Assembly (NCBI GenBank): GCA_963422375.2
Contig: OY729427.2
Coordinates: 160,001 to 224,000, forward strand
Length of the DNA: 64,000 bases
Direction of reading: 5' to 3'
Source of the DNA: Bryobacterales bacterium
GTDB lineage: Bacteria; Acidobacteriota; Terriglobia; Bryobacterales; UBA6623
In this document: piece by piece, positions 50,845 to 61,121 of the stretch
How positions within the stretch are numbered: the stretch's first letter is position 1
Layout of the letters: every line of letters starts with the position of its first letter
The notes under the pieces: generated by a model
What the model was told of the DNA's origin: nothing
Seen by the model: the letters and a program-made list of their open reading frames with translations, nothing else
Database searches by the model: none
Translations under genes and position numbers: made by a program

Positions 50845-53712
50845 CTACGATTTGTCGAAGAGATTACCCTGCGCCTTGATCTCTTCGCTGTTGGGAGCCG
50901 GCTTAGGCGGCCTGACGGCAAGCGGCCGAACCAGCCGGTTCATCCGTTTCCGCTCCTCTTCGGTCAGCCGTTTCTCAAGCTTGGCCGGTCGCCGCTGGGC
51001 GATCCGCTCTAGGTCTGAAAGCCACTTCATGTCGGCCCTTTCGGCGCGCTTGGCTAGGGGGTACGCCTTTTCCCATCGCCCTTCCTGGCGCCAGTTGCGC
51101 AGCGCCTCCTGCTTCATGCCTGCCTCCTCGAATGCCTCTGCTGCCCCCTCGTGGTGTCCGAGCATTTCCAGCGTGCGGCCCGAGCGACTCGGCTCCGGGG
51201 ACTGCACACGCTCCAGAACGCGGTGCGCCGCTTCGGCGCGCCTGCCCTCCAGCAGCGTGTCAGTGGCACTGTTCCGAAGTTGATCCGCCGTGCCCGCCGC
51301 CTCCCCCACGAATCCGATACGCGAGAGCCAACCTTCAACGTCGCCAGCGAAGCGCTCGGCCGCGTCTGGCTGGATCGCCCGGAGACGCAATGCGTCGAGC
51401 AGTTTGTTGTGAATCCTCGGCAGCACCGGTCGAATCCACGCGTGCTCCTCCGTCTCCAACGCCAGCACGGCATCCAGCAAGTCGTGCGGGGGACCCTCGC
51501 GACGCTTGGTCCAAGCATCCAGCTCTCTCAAGGCCCGGGCGACCCGCTCGCCCGCCCAAGTCGTCGCCACGTGGCCAGCCAACGTGACGACTTCCTGACG
51601 TCCGCTGAATCTGGGGCCGCCGTCCACCAGCCGACTGGCCGCAACCAAGAGCACGACGGAGCATGCTTCCGAACGGACGTCCTCGTCAGAGATCGAGTCC
51701 GGCTGCAGGGACTCGCCCAGCAGCCGCAATGCCTGCCTTGCGCGGTCCCAAGCCCGTACGGGAGATTCCTCTAGCAAGTTCCGGGCGTCCCTCGTGCGCG
51801 CCAATATACGCTCGTCGAGCGGAGCGTCAGCGTCCTCCACGAGTTCGACGAGGTCATCCGCGGTGAAGCGCTCGGGCTCCTCCAGCAACGCGAGGCTCAG
51901 ACTCCGCTCGGAGTCGTCCGGGGCGACGTCCACGAATACCAGGTTTTCCGTCGCCCGGCTCAACGCAACGCGCAGCCGATCGATGGCCGTGCGGCGGGCG
52001 TGGGCTTCAAGCGGGTCAAAAGCGGCCAGGTCCTCCTGCAATCGCTTCAGGACCCTGCCGGGATTGAGCACGCAGACCGTGGCATACTCCAGCCCCTTGA
52101 CTACCTCGGGAAGCAGCACGGATTCGCGAGCAGTCGCCACGATCCACTCGGGCGGGGCGAAGTCAGTCGTGACAACGGCTAGGTCGTCGACGTCGGCAAT
52201 CCTCTCGATCAGGCGCGAGGCGGCCCGGTCGTCAGGCACTTGGACGTGAATCAAGCGGGCGTCAATCTCCGGAGAGGCATCCCAGCCCTGCTGGTCGCTC
52301 GGGCGCCATGACTTCTTGATCTTGGTGTAGAGCCGGGATGCACGGTAGACCACGTCTGCGATCTGTTTCGGACTCCGGGCGTTGTACTCCAAGCCGAAGT
52401 CCTTCGGATGGACCAGCCATTCACCGAGCAGCTTCTTCAGACGACCTGCGTCGAATCCGGACGGCCGGACGGTCTGCCCGTCGTCATACGCCAGCAGGAG
52501 CCACGGCGCGCGCCCCCGCTTCGCAGCGATCCGCCGGCAGAACTCAACAACGACCGCGACTTCGAGCAGCGTCAGGTCCTGAACCTCGTCGACCACGACT
52601 CTGTCGTATCCGCCGAGGGCGGTCGGCGGCCCGCCGTTCTGAAGGCGGGCTAGGGCCTGCCGCGCGGCGTGGAGCTCCGGAAAGACTGTCCCGAACCAAG
52701 ACTCCCACTCCGTGCGCCCGATGACGTCGAGGAGAGCGGCCTTCGCCTCGGGCCCGACGTCGCTCACTCCCTCGGCTAGGTATCCGCTGTCGCTGAGACG
52801 GGCGTCGCCGTCGGCGCAGTCCATGAAGTCCGGCACGGCGCATCCGAACAACACTGCACGAAGCTCGGCGTGAAGCGCGTCCAGCCTGTTGACCCATGGC
52901 CCCATGAGCTTTCGAATCTTCCACCAGTCGAATGCGCTTCGGAACGCCCGCCGGCTCTCGGCGAGCGTCAGCTTCGATGTGTCGGTCTGGCAGATGCCGC
53001 CGAGGAACGCGCCGAAGTCGTAGGCATCCACGAGCGAATCGGAGGCCGTGAACGCATCGAGGCGCTTACTGGCTTGGTCGATCAACCCGCGGGACCAGGA
53101 CAGGTAGAGCGTCCTGCCGCCGCGACGCGTTTCCACGGCCCGCCAAAGCGCAATGGTCTTGCCCGAGCCCGGATGCCCGTATACGATCCGAACTCCGTCC
53201 TCCGCTTGGATAAAGCCCCGTTGGGCGCTTGTCCACGGACCCTCGAAGGTAGACCCCTCGTCTCCGTCGATGTCCTTGCCCCGGAGCTTGAAGTACTCTC
53301 CCACCTCGCCCACGCGCAACGGCGTGTGGTCGTCGTGATGGCGCACCGCGCGGACGAGGACGGTGCCTCGGGGAAGCGACTCCAGCGACTTGGCTTGGTG
53401 GCTGCCTCGCGGCGTCCACCAGAGGTAGTAGTGCATGCCGCCGCTGCCGCCCAAGGGCGTCCGGCGCCACCCGCGGTTCTTGGCGTCGCTGCAGCCCTTC
53501 ACCCTCGACGTGCGGCCGTGAGCGGCGAGCTGCTGAACGATCACCCCCAGCCGCTTGCTGAGCTGCGGGTTCTGCGAGGCCTCCGCATCGATCCTCTCCT
53601 GAACGGTCGGGTGCAGCAGAATCCGGTTGTCCGAGGGTCGGGGCGCGACGATTCCCTCCCGAGCCGGGGAATCGGGTACGAACTTAGGGGGTATTAGCTG
53701 CTCCTTGGGCAT
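50845..53712 (-). CDS. SF1 (UvrD-like) helicase/ATPase with N-terminal RelE/ParE-like region and C-terminal helical TPR-like region
   Basis: Q motif (WTSAQ), GHPGSGKT, VVVDEVQD, YDDGQ, NARS, VKGLEY, LRVALSRA. Confidence 0.75.
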   Translation of the reverse strand: MPKEQLIPPKFVPDSPAREGIVAPRPSDNRILLHPTVQERIDAEASQNPQLSKRLGVIVQQLAAHGRTSRVKGCSDAKNRGWRRTPLGGSGGMHYYLWWTPRGSHQAKSLESLPRGTVLVRAVRHHDDHTPLRVGEVGEYFKLRGKDIDGDEGSTFEGPWTSAQRGFIQAEDGVRIVYGHPGSGKTIALWRAVETRRGGRTLYLSWSRGLIDQASKRLDAFTASDSLVDAYDFGAFLGGICQTDTSKLTLAESRRAFRSAFDWWKIRKLMGPWVNRLDALHAELRAVLFGCAVPDFMDCADGDARLSDSGYLAEGVSDVGPEAKAALLDVIGRTEWESWFGTVFPELHAARQALARLQNGGPPTALGGYDRVVVDEVQDLTLLEVAVVVEFCRRIAAKRGRAPWLLLAYDDGQTVRPSGFDAGRLKKLLGEWLVHPKDFGLEYNARSPKQIADVVYRASRLYTKIKKSWRPSDQQGWDASPEIDARLIHVQVPDDRAASRLIERIADVDDLAVVTTDFAPPEWIVATARESVLLPEVVKGLEYATVCVLNPGRVLKRLQEDLAAFDPLEAHARRTAIDRLRVALSRATENLVFVDVAPDDSERSLSLALLEEPERFTADDLVELVEDADAPLDERILARTRDARNLLEESPVRAWDRARQALRLLGESLQPDSISDEDVRSEACSVVLLVAASRLVDGGPRFSGRQEVVTLAGHVATTWAGERVARALRELDAWTKRREGPPHDLLDAVLALETEEHAWIRPVLPRIHNKLLDALRLRAIQPDAAERFAGDVEGWLSRIGFVGEAAGTADQLRNSATDTLLEGRRAEAAHRVLERVQSPEPSRSGRTLEMLGHHEGAAEAFEEAGMKQEALRNWRQEGRWEKAYPLAKRAERADMKWLSDLERIAQRRPAKLEKRLTEEERKRMNRLVRPLAVRPPKPAPNSEEIKAQGNLFDKS

Positions 53713-54380
53713 ATTCGTCAAGCGCGAAATCGAGAAACCCTATTCTGAAGGCCTGCGAGGTCAAGAGTCGACTCGTCCTAGTTTGATTCCCATTGTGGTG
53801 CGGATCTTGGCCGGACGTGATGTCGCGAGCGAGGCCTGCCCCGCCTGACCTTCTCGCTCGACTGACGCAGCGGTGCCAATCGTGATGGAGCCACCGGTGC
53901 GGTGCGCTCGCTGCGACGCCCGCGGGTCGGCGGCGACCTCGCATCGCCCGAGCCAACCGACCGGTCTCCCACCTCCACCGGGCCGCTCGTCCGGCGAGTC
54001 ATCGAACAGTTGCGAGCGCGTCCGCCCAGATCCGAAGCTCCTGCCGGCGCGCCGATGTCGCTAGATTCCCCGAGCGGAGTCGCGGAGCGTCTCCCCCCGA
54101 AGCCTCGCGATACTTGGGCGGAGCGGCGAGGGTTCCGACGCAGCGCCCGGGTAACTTCCCGGCCGAATCTTGCGAACTGTCGGGCCGGACGGGCAGCGAG
54201 TCCGGCCAAGGGCGAGTTCCCTAGGGACTCGGGCAGCGAACCTTCCGGGACGCGCCGGCCGATCTGAGCCGGGCAACGGGATCGACCGCCAGCCGGCTGA
54301 GGCCCGTGACAGCAAGGACGGGAGTCCCGGCCTGGAACCGACCCGCGGGCGAGGCACGGCGGGCGGTGCCGCCGAGCTTC

Positions 54381-54785
54381 CTAGGCCTGGCGCGTCAGCG
54401 GGAAGTACTTGCGGTAGGCCTCCGGCATGCGAATCATCTTGCCTCGGGCGTCCGTGACGGTGTGATGTGTCTCGCCCGTCGCTAGGATCTCCTCTTCGCG
54501 CCGCATTTCGTACGCAAAGCGGACCGTCCGCGAACGGGACTCCGCGACCCAGCAATCGACATCGATCTCGTCGTCAAAGCGCGCCGGGGCCCGGTACCGG
54601 CAGCGGGCCTCGGTCACGACGAGGAACGCGCCGCCCAGGCGCTCCATGTCGCTGTACTCGAAACCCACGCCGCGGCAGAATCCCACGCGCGCCACCTCCA
54701 TCCAGACGAGATAGTTGGCGTAGTAGGCGATCCCCATCTGGTCCGTTTCCGCGTACCGCACGCGAACCGTGGAGCGGACTCGCAT
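54381..54785 (-). CDS. Acyl-CoA thioesterase (YbgC/4HBT family)
   Basis: VRYAETDQMGIAYYANYLVWMEVAR, Y.APARFDD. Confidence 0.92.
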   Translation of the reverse strand: MRVRSTVRVRYAETDQMGIAYYANYLVWMEVARVGFCRGVGFEYSDMERLGGAFLVVTEARCRYRAPARFDDEIDVDCWVAESRSRTVRFAYEMRREEEILATGETHHTVTDARGKMIRMPEAYRKYFPLTRQA

Positions 54786-54798
54786 GCCAACCGCGCCG

Positions 54799-56046
54799 CT
54801 AGCCCTTCATCGAAGCGAGGAACTCCCCGTTGCCGCGTGTCTTGCCCATGCGGTCCAGCAGCAGCTCCATGCACTCGACCGTGCCCAGGTTGCTCAGGAC
54901 CTTGCGGAGCACCCAGACGCGTCGAAGGGTCTCGGAGTCCAGCAGCAGTTCCTCCTTGCGCGTGCCGCTGCGGTGGATGTCGATCGCCGGGAACGTGCGC
55001 TTGTCGACCAGCTTGCGGTCGAGGTGCAGTTCCATGTTTCCCGTGCCCTTGAACTCTTCGAAGATGACCTCGTCCATGCGGCTGCCGGTATCCACCAAGG
55101 CCGTCGCGACGATCGTCAGGGATCCGCCCTCCTCGATGTTCCGCGCGGCGCCGAAGAACCGCTTGGGCCGCTGCAGCGCGTTCGCGTCCACGCCCCCAGT
55201 CAGGACCTTGCCGGACGAGGGCACGACTGTGTTGTAGGCCCGAGCGAGGCGAGTGATGGAGTCCAGCAGGACGACTACGTCGCGCTTGTGCTCGACGAGG
55301 CGCTTCGCCTTCTCGATGGCCATCTCCGCCACTTGGATGTGCCGGACGTGGGGCTCGTCGAAAGTCGAGCTCACCACCTCGCCCCGAACTGTGCGCTGCA
55401 TGTCGGTGACCTCTTCGGGGCGCTCGTCGATGAGAAGCACGATCAGCATGACCTCGGGGTGGTTGGCCGTGATCGAATTCGCGATCGACTGCAGAAGCAT
55501 GGTCTTGCCGGTCCGCGGCGGGGCGACGATCAGGCCGCGCTGCCCTCTCCCGAGCGGCGTGATCAGGTCCATAACGCGACCGCTGAGATTCTGGCGCTCG
55601 GTCTCCAGACGGAGGCGGCTCTGCGGATAGAAGGGCGTGAGATTGTCGAAGGGAATGCGCGCCCTCGCCTTGTCAGGCGCATCGAAATTGAGCGAGGCGA
55701 CCTCGACGAGCGAGAAGTAATTCTCCCGCTCGTGCGGGGCGCGGGCCAAGCCGGCGACGGTATCCCCGTTCCTGATGCCGTAGTCCCGCACCGTTTGCGG
55801 GGACACGAAGATGTCGTCCCGCCCCGGCAGGTAGTTGCCGACCGGCGAGCGGAGGAAGCCGAATCCCTCGGGCAGGATTTCGAGCACTCCCTCGACGCCG
55901 AGCTGACCGTCCTCGTCGGCTTGCGACCGGAGGATTCGAAAGATCAGTTCCTGCTTGCGCAGGCCGCCGAAATCGTCGATTCCTAGCTCGCTCGCGAGCG
56001 CCGTGAGGGATCTGATGTCCCGTTGATGCAATTCGGCTAAGGTCAT
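54799..56046 (-). CDS. rho: Transcription termination factor Rho
   Basis: [65 protein letters not shown]. Confidence 0.98.
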   Translation of the reverse strand: MTLAELHQRDIRSLTALASELGIDDFGGLRKQELIFRILRSQADEDGQLGVEGVLEILPEGFGFLRSPVGNYLPGRDDIFVSPQTVRDYGIRNGDTVAGLARAPHERENYFSLVEVASLNFDAPDKARARIPFDNLTPFYPQSRLRLETERQNLSGRVMDLITPLGRGQRGLIVAPPRTGKTMLLQSIANSITANHPEVMLIVLLIDERPEEVTDMQRTVRGEVVSSTFDEPHVRHIQVAEMAIEKAKRLVEHKRDVVVLLDSITRLARAYNTVVPSSGKVLTGGVDANALQRPKRFFGAARNIEEGGSLTIVATALVDTGSRMDEVIFEEFKGTGNMELHLDRKLVDKRTFPAIDIHRSGTRKEELLLDSETLRRVWVLRKVLSNLGTVECMELLLDRMGKTRGNGEFLASMKG

Positions 56047-56588
56047 TGGGGAAATGAGCGCCCGGGTGGCAGGCACTCAAGGGGTGCGCCCCTCGCAGGG
56101 AGCTGCTTTGCAGGGGCGGTAGCCCCGGTAGTTCAAGCATACCCCACACCGGGGTGGCAAGCAAGCTCCGCTCGGGCCCGATGACCGCGCGGGGCGGATC
56201 CTTGCGCGAACGCGGGAGGGCGCCCGGCGGCCAAGCGCTGCAGCGCCTCCTCGAGATCTCGCGAGGCTCTGCGCGTCCGACACCGTCGGACGCGCCGGAC
56301 GGATTCGCGAAGCAGCTCAACGAACTCTCGTTCTCTTGCCGCGAGCGTCTCGCGGGAGCAGATCCGCACCGACGCGGTATGCGGATGGACCGGCGCAGCG
56401 CAGCGTTCGAGGCGGCGGCACACGGATGGGTCCGGAGCGAAGCTGCCGGGCGGGGACTGCCTCGGAGGGATCTCCGAGCCGGAATCTCCGGGCTGCGCGG
56501 GGCCGTCTCGCGCCCGGGCTGCGCGGGCAGGCGCCTGCCGGCCTCGCGAGGCTCGCTCGCCTGACAGGACGGCCGCCGCCTGCCGCGA

Positions 56589-57548
56589 TCAGGCCACCCG
56601 GTTTTCCGGTCTCCCGGCGAGGGCCGCGAAGAGGTTGTCGACCGCCATCTGCAAGCCGCGATCCAGCGCCTCCGTGGTCACGCCGCCCGAATGCGGTGTC
56701 AGAACCACTTCGTGCAGGTCGGCAAGGGGGTGGTTCTCGGGCAGCGGCTCGCGATCGAAGACGTCGAGCCCCGCCCCGCGAATGGCGCCGCCGCGCAGCG
56801 CATCCAGCAGCGCGGCCTCGTCCACGACCGCCCCGCGAGCCGTGTTGATCAGGATGGCCGAATCCTTCATCAGGGCGAACTCCCGCTTGCCAACCATGCC
56901 GGTCGTTTCGGAGGTGAGGCGCACGTGCAGGCTCACCACGTCGCTGCGGCGGAACAGGTCGTCGAGCCCCACGAGCTCCGCGCCGATGTCCGCTACAGGC
57001 TTGCCCCGCGGCGTGCGGGTCCAAGCCAGCACGCGCATGCCGATGCCCCGCGCGATGCGCGCCGTCTGCAGCCCGATGGCGCCCAGGCCGACCACTCCGA
57101 GAGTCTTGCCGTGCAGCTGCGTCACGAAGCCCCGGGGCCACGCCCCCTTGCGCGTCTTGGTGTCGATCCTCGGAATGTCGCGGGCCACCGCGAGCATGAG
57201 CGCGAGCGCGTGCTCGGCCATCGCGATCGCCGAAACGCCGGGCGTGTTGGTGACGACCACCCCGCAAGCCGCGGCGGCGTCGAGATCGACGTGGTCGGTG
57301 CCCGTCCCCCACAGCGACAGCGCCCGCAAGCGCGGGCACTCCGCGAAGACGTCCGCTGCGAAAGGCACCGACGAGCGGATGTTGACCACGCCGTCAGCCT
57401 GGGCGATGCGCTCGAGCAGGACGTCCTTCGAGGGAGGCAGGCTGGCGTGGTAGCTCAGCCGCGCACGGTCTCGCAGGGAGGCGAAGGCCGCGCTGGGCCC
57501 GAGCACGGGCGGGTAGTCATCCGGGACGGCGACGCTTGGCAGGTTCAT
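56589..57548 (-). CDS. D-isomer-specific 2-hydroxyacid dehydrogenase (PGDH-like)
   Basis: GKTLGVVGLGAIG, INTARGAVVDE, GLDVFDREP, LTPH. Confidence 0.9.
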   Translation of the reverse strand: MNLPSVAVPDDYPPVLGPSAAFASLRDRARLSYHASLPPSKDVLLERIAQADGVVNIRSSVPFAADVFAECPRLRALSLWGTGTDHVDLDAAAACGVVVTNTPGVSAIAMAEHALALMLAVARDIPRIDTKTRKGAWPRGFVTQLHGKTLGVVGLGAIGLQTARIARGIGMRVLAWTRTPRGKPVADIGAELVGLDDLFRRSDVVSLHVRLTSETTGMVGKREFALMKDSAILINTARGAVVDEAALLDALRGGAIRGAGLDVFDREPLPENHPLADLHEVVLTPHSGGVTTEALDRGLQMAVDNLFAALAGRPENRVA

Positions 57549-57581
57549 GCTCGCTCCAATCCGACGGCGCGCGAACGGCCG

Positions 57582-59207
57582 CTAGCGGAAGATCCAGTAC
57601 AGCGCCACGATCGTCAGGCAGAGCACCCCGGCGATGCGGCGCGGGTCGACGCCGGGCCCCGCCCAGCGGCGGGCCAGCGCGCTCAGTGGATTCTCCCAGG
57701 TCAGCCCCTCGATCTTTTCCGCCGGCGGCGCGGGCGTCAGCTTGCTGACGGCCACGAAAACCGCGCTGCAAATCACGGTCATCCAGAACGCCTGCAGCAT
57801 GAAGGGAACGCCCCAGCCGTCGGTGATCAGCTTGACGCCCTGCACGTCCTTGAAGTCCAGGACGAAGGCCGCCGCGCCCATCGAGAAGCCGAACACCAAA
57901 GTGGACACGGCCGCCTGGGCCGTGCCACGGCGCCAGAAGACACCCCACAGGAACACGGTGGTGATGGCCGGGGCGAGCGCCGCGCCGATTTCCTGGACAG
58001 CCTCGAAGATGCTGGAGAACTTGTCGCCCTGGGTGGACCAGATCATGGCGAGCAGCATGACGACCACGGCGCTCCAGCGGCCGATCCGGACCTGGGCCGC
58101 GTCGCTGGTGGCGGGGCGCACGCGAGCGACGATGTCGACCGCGAACAGGGTGGCGCAGCTATTGAGAGCCGCCGCGATCGTGCTCATCAGCGCCGCCAGC
58201 AGCCCGGCCGAGATCAGGCCGCGGAGGCCGGTCGGCACGAGTTCCTGGATCAGGACAGGCAGGACCTGGTTGGCGTCGTCGCCGATCTCGGCACCGTAGA
58301 GAACGTATCCGACGATGCCCGGCATCACCAGGATGAAAACCGGCAGGACCTTGATGAAGCCCGCGAAGAGCGGGCCGATCTGCGCGTCGCGCTCCGACTT
58401 CGCGGCGAGGACGCGCTGCACGATGGTCTGGTCCGTGCACCAATACCAGATTCCGAGCACCGGATAGCCCAGCAGGACCGAGTACCACGCGAGGCCTACG
58501 GAGTTGTCGGCCCACACCATGCTGAGCTGCTTGGGCCTGAGCTGGGCCTGGAATTCCGCCACGGTCGAGACGCCGTGTTCCGGAAGCGCTGCGATCGCCA
58601 GAGCGGTCACCAGGACGGACCCGCCGACCAGCAGGACGGTCTGGATCGCCTCGGTGACGACGACGGCCTTGAGACCGCCCAGCACGGTGTAGATGCCGGT
58701 CACGGCCGAGATGATGAGGATCGAGGTCACCACGTCGACGCCGAAGAACTGCTCGAAGACCGTGGCGCCGGCGTACAGGCTCATGCCGATGTGAATGAAG
58801 AGCGCTCCCAGAATCGCCATGAATGCCAGGAACGAGCGCGCGGCCGCGTTGAACCGCTTTTCCAAGTACTCGGGCAGCGTCTCGATCCTGTTGCGGAAGT
58901 AGAACGGCGCGAAGAAAAGCGACAGGATGACGAGCGTGAAGGCCGCCATCCATTCGAAATTGCCCCAGACCAAGCCCTCGTTGTAGCCCGACGCAGCCAG
59001 GCCCACCAAGTGGATCGTCGAAATGTTCGAAGCGAACAGGGCGGCCCCGATCATCACCCAGCCGAGCGAGCGGCCGGCCAGGAAGTAGGCCTCCCCCGTC
59101 ATCTTCTGGCGTCGCACCGACAGCACCCCGACCGCGAGGATGCCGATCATGTAGGTGACGATGATGACGAAATCGACGAAGGGAATCCGCAGTCCGGGGG
59201 CGTCCAT
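57582..59207 (-). CDS. Sodium:solute (sugar) symporter, SSS family
   Basis: YFLAGRS, ALFASNIS, YWCTDQ.IVQR.LAAKS, LAALMST; many TM helices. Confidence 0.92.
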   Translation of the reverse strand: MDAPGLRIPFVDFVIIVTYMIGILAVGVLSVRRQKMTGEAYFLAGRSLGWVMIGAALFASNISTIHLVGLAASGYNEGLVWGNFEWMAAFTLVILSLFFAPFYFRNRIETLPEYLEKRFNAAARSFLAFMAILGALFIHIGMSLYAGATVFEQFFGVDVVTSILIISAVTGIYTVLGGLKAVVVTEAIQTVLLVGGSVLVTALAIAALPEHGVSTVAEFQAQLRPKQLSMVWADNSVGLAWYSVLLGYPVLGIWYWCTDQTIVQRVLAAKSERDAQIGPLFAGFIKVLPVFILVMPGIVGYVLYGAEIGDDANQVLPVLIQELVPTGLRGLISAGLLAALMSTIAAALNSCATLFAVDIVARVRPATSDAAQVRIGRWSAVVVMLLAMIWSTQGDKFSSIFEAVQEIGAALAPAITTVFLWGVFWRRGTAQAAVSTLVFGFSMGAAAFVLDFKDVQGVKLITDGWGVPFMLQAFWMTVICSAVFVAVSKLTPAPPAEKIEGLTWENPLSALARRWAGPGVDPRRIAGVLCLTIVALYWIFR

Positions 59208-59250
59208 GGGAGTCACCGAGTGTATGCCAAGGGAGCAGGCGGGCCCGCGG

Positions 59251-60081
59251 TCACTGCGGGCGCGGGGGATTCGCCCAGTGCCCGTCCGGGTCGCTGCCGG
59301 CGACTACCACTCCCTTGCGGTTCCAGCCCAGGTAGGCCCTGACGTCGGCCGAGCAGTAGCGCAGCGTCAGGCCGCAGCGCCGCCGCCCGGAACGGTTCGC
59401 CTCGGATCCGTGCAGGAGCAGGTCCGAGTGCAGGGAAACCTGGCCGGCGCGCAGCTCGTTGTCGAACGGGGCCCCGAAGCGCTCGACCCCGGTCACCTTC
59501 TGGTTCAGCACGGTCGAGGGGTCGGCCTCGTCGACCTCGAACTCGAGAGGCCCGTGCAAGTGCGATCCGGGAATGAAGCGCATGCAGGCGTTGGCGGTGT
59601 CGGCGTCGTCAATCGCCAGCCACGCCGTGACGGTCCTCGCGGGGCTCAGCGGCCAGTAGGTGGCGTCCTGGTGCCAGTCGACCCGCTTGCCGTCCCCGGG
59701 CATCTTGCAGAAGTAGTGGCAGCCCCACCCCACCACCCGGTCGCCGATCAGGTCGCTCGCGCACTCGACGATCCGAGGGTCCGTCAGCAGGTCGTAGGCG
59801 TCTGCGTAGCGCAGGTGGGCCGAGCTGATGGAGTAGCTGTCGCCTCCCTCGGCCATGACGCGCTCTAGCAGCGCGTCGAAGCGCGCTCGGACGGCCCCGA
59901 TCTCGCGGTCCGAGAAGACTCGGACGCCCGTGAGGAAGCCGCGCTCGTTGAATTGATCCAGCTGCCCCTGCGTCAGGCGGCGGGCGCGCCGGTTGCCGGA
60001 CGGACGGAAGGCCAGATCGCGCGGCATCCGGTCGAGGTCGTCCATCGAGGGCGCGATCGCGAACTGTCGGTCCTGCTCCAT
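59251..60081 (-). CDS. Phytanoyl-CoA dioxygenase (PhyH) family Fe/2OG enzyme
   Basis: WHQDATYW, TAWLAIDD, IPGSH, LHGSEANRS..RR. Confidence 0.9.
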   Translation of the reverse strand: MEQDRQFAIAPSMDDLDRMPRDLAFRPSGNRRARRLTQGQLDQFNERGFLTGVRVFSDREIGAVRARFDALLERVMAEGGDSYSISSAHLRYADAYDLLTDPRIVECASDLIGDRVVGWGCHYFCKMPGDGKRVDWHQDATYWPLSPARTVTAWLAIDDADTANACMRFIPGSHLHGPLEFEVDEADPSTVLNQKVTGVERFGAPFDNELRAGQVSLHSDLLLHGSEANRSGRRRCGLTLRYCSADVRAYLGWNRKGVVVAGSDPDGHWANPPRPQ

Positions 60082-60205
60082 GCCCGTCCGCCGATCATAG
60101 CGCGGACAGGCGCCCCGAGCCGCGGCGGAGCCGGAGCGACGGCTGGGCTCGCGCGGTCCGCGGGCTCGCGGACCGCCCCGAACGATACCGCCCGGAATTG
60201 TTACA

Positions 60206-61111
60206 ATGACAGAGCTTCGCCGAAGTTCCCGTGTGTCCGGCAGTAGAGCGTCCGTGTACCTGCGTGTCAGTGCGGTCGCAGCGTGCCTAGCCGCGGGCCT
60301 CGCCTGCGGCGTCCTGTCCTCGACTAGAAGGATTCCGCCCCCGCCCGCAGTCCAGGCGGCCAGCCGCCAGGACTTGCTCGAGAAGATCCGGCGCTTCGCG
60401 TCGATCCAGTCGCTGCGAGCGTCGGTCGACGTCACGCTCACCGTCCTCAGCGACGACCGCGACGAGGAGACCGAGTGGAGGAACGTTCGGGGAGCTCTCG
60501 TGACGAAACGGCCCGGGTTGATCCGCACCACCGCCGAAGCGCCGGGGGGCCTGGCCAAGCTGTACGACATGGTTTCGGACGGCAAGGAATTCCGCGTCTA
60601 CCTCCCGTGGAGGAACCGTGTCTTCGCGGGCCCGACCGCGCTGACGCACATCTCCGAGAATCGAGCCGAGAACCTGCGCCCGCAGCACATCATCGACGCG
60701 ATCATGCTCAAGCCGCTTCCCGACGAAAGCAAGACGCTGCTCGACTTCAACATGTACGGACGGTCGGGCTACCAGGTGCTGCTGGAGGTCGAGGCCGCCG
60801 AGGACGGCCGCCTGCAGATCCGCAGGAAGTACTGGTTCGACCGCTCGAACCTGGCGCTGTCGCGCCTAATGATTCTCGACGACGAGGCGGAGCTGCTCAC
60901 CAATGCCTGGTACCGCGAGTGGCAGGAGTCCAACAGCCTCCCCTATCCCCGATTCATCACGATCGAGCGGCCCAAGGACGGCTACCGGCTGGAGATGGAG
61001 ATTCTGCGGCCGGGCCTGGACGAAGACGTGCCGGAGGGGGCGTTCGAGCTCGCGCTACCCGACGGCGTGGAGACCAAGAGGATCGGCGACAAGCCCTCGC
61101 CGCTTTCCTAG
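60206..61111 (+). CDS. Lipoprotein with LolA/DUF4292-like fold (start uncertain)
   Basis: GLAC lipobox; DMVSDG..F.VY.P, ENLRPQH; first gene before the ABC permease and ATPase. Confidence 0.65.
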   Translation: MTELRRSSRVSGSRASVYLRVSAVAACLAAGLACGVLSSTRRIPPPPAVQAASRQDLLEKIRRFASIQSLRASVDVTLTVLSDDRDEETEWRNVRGALVTKRPGLIRTTAEAPGGLAKLYDMVSDGKEFRVYLPWRNRVFAGPTALTHISENRAENLRPQHIIDAIMLKPLPDESKTLLDFNMYGRSGYQVLLEVEAAEDGRLQIRRKYWFDRSNLALSRLMILDDEAELLTNAWYREWQESNSLPYPRFITIERPKDGYRLEMEILRPGLDEDVPEGAFELALPDGVETKRIGDKPSPLS

Positions 61112-61121
61112 CCGACGCGCC

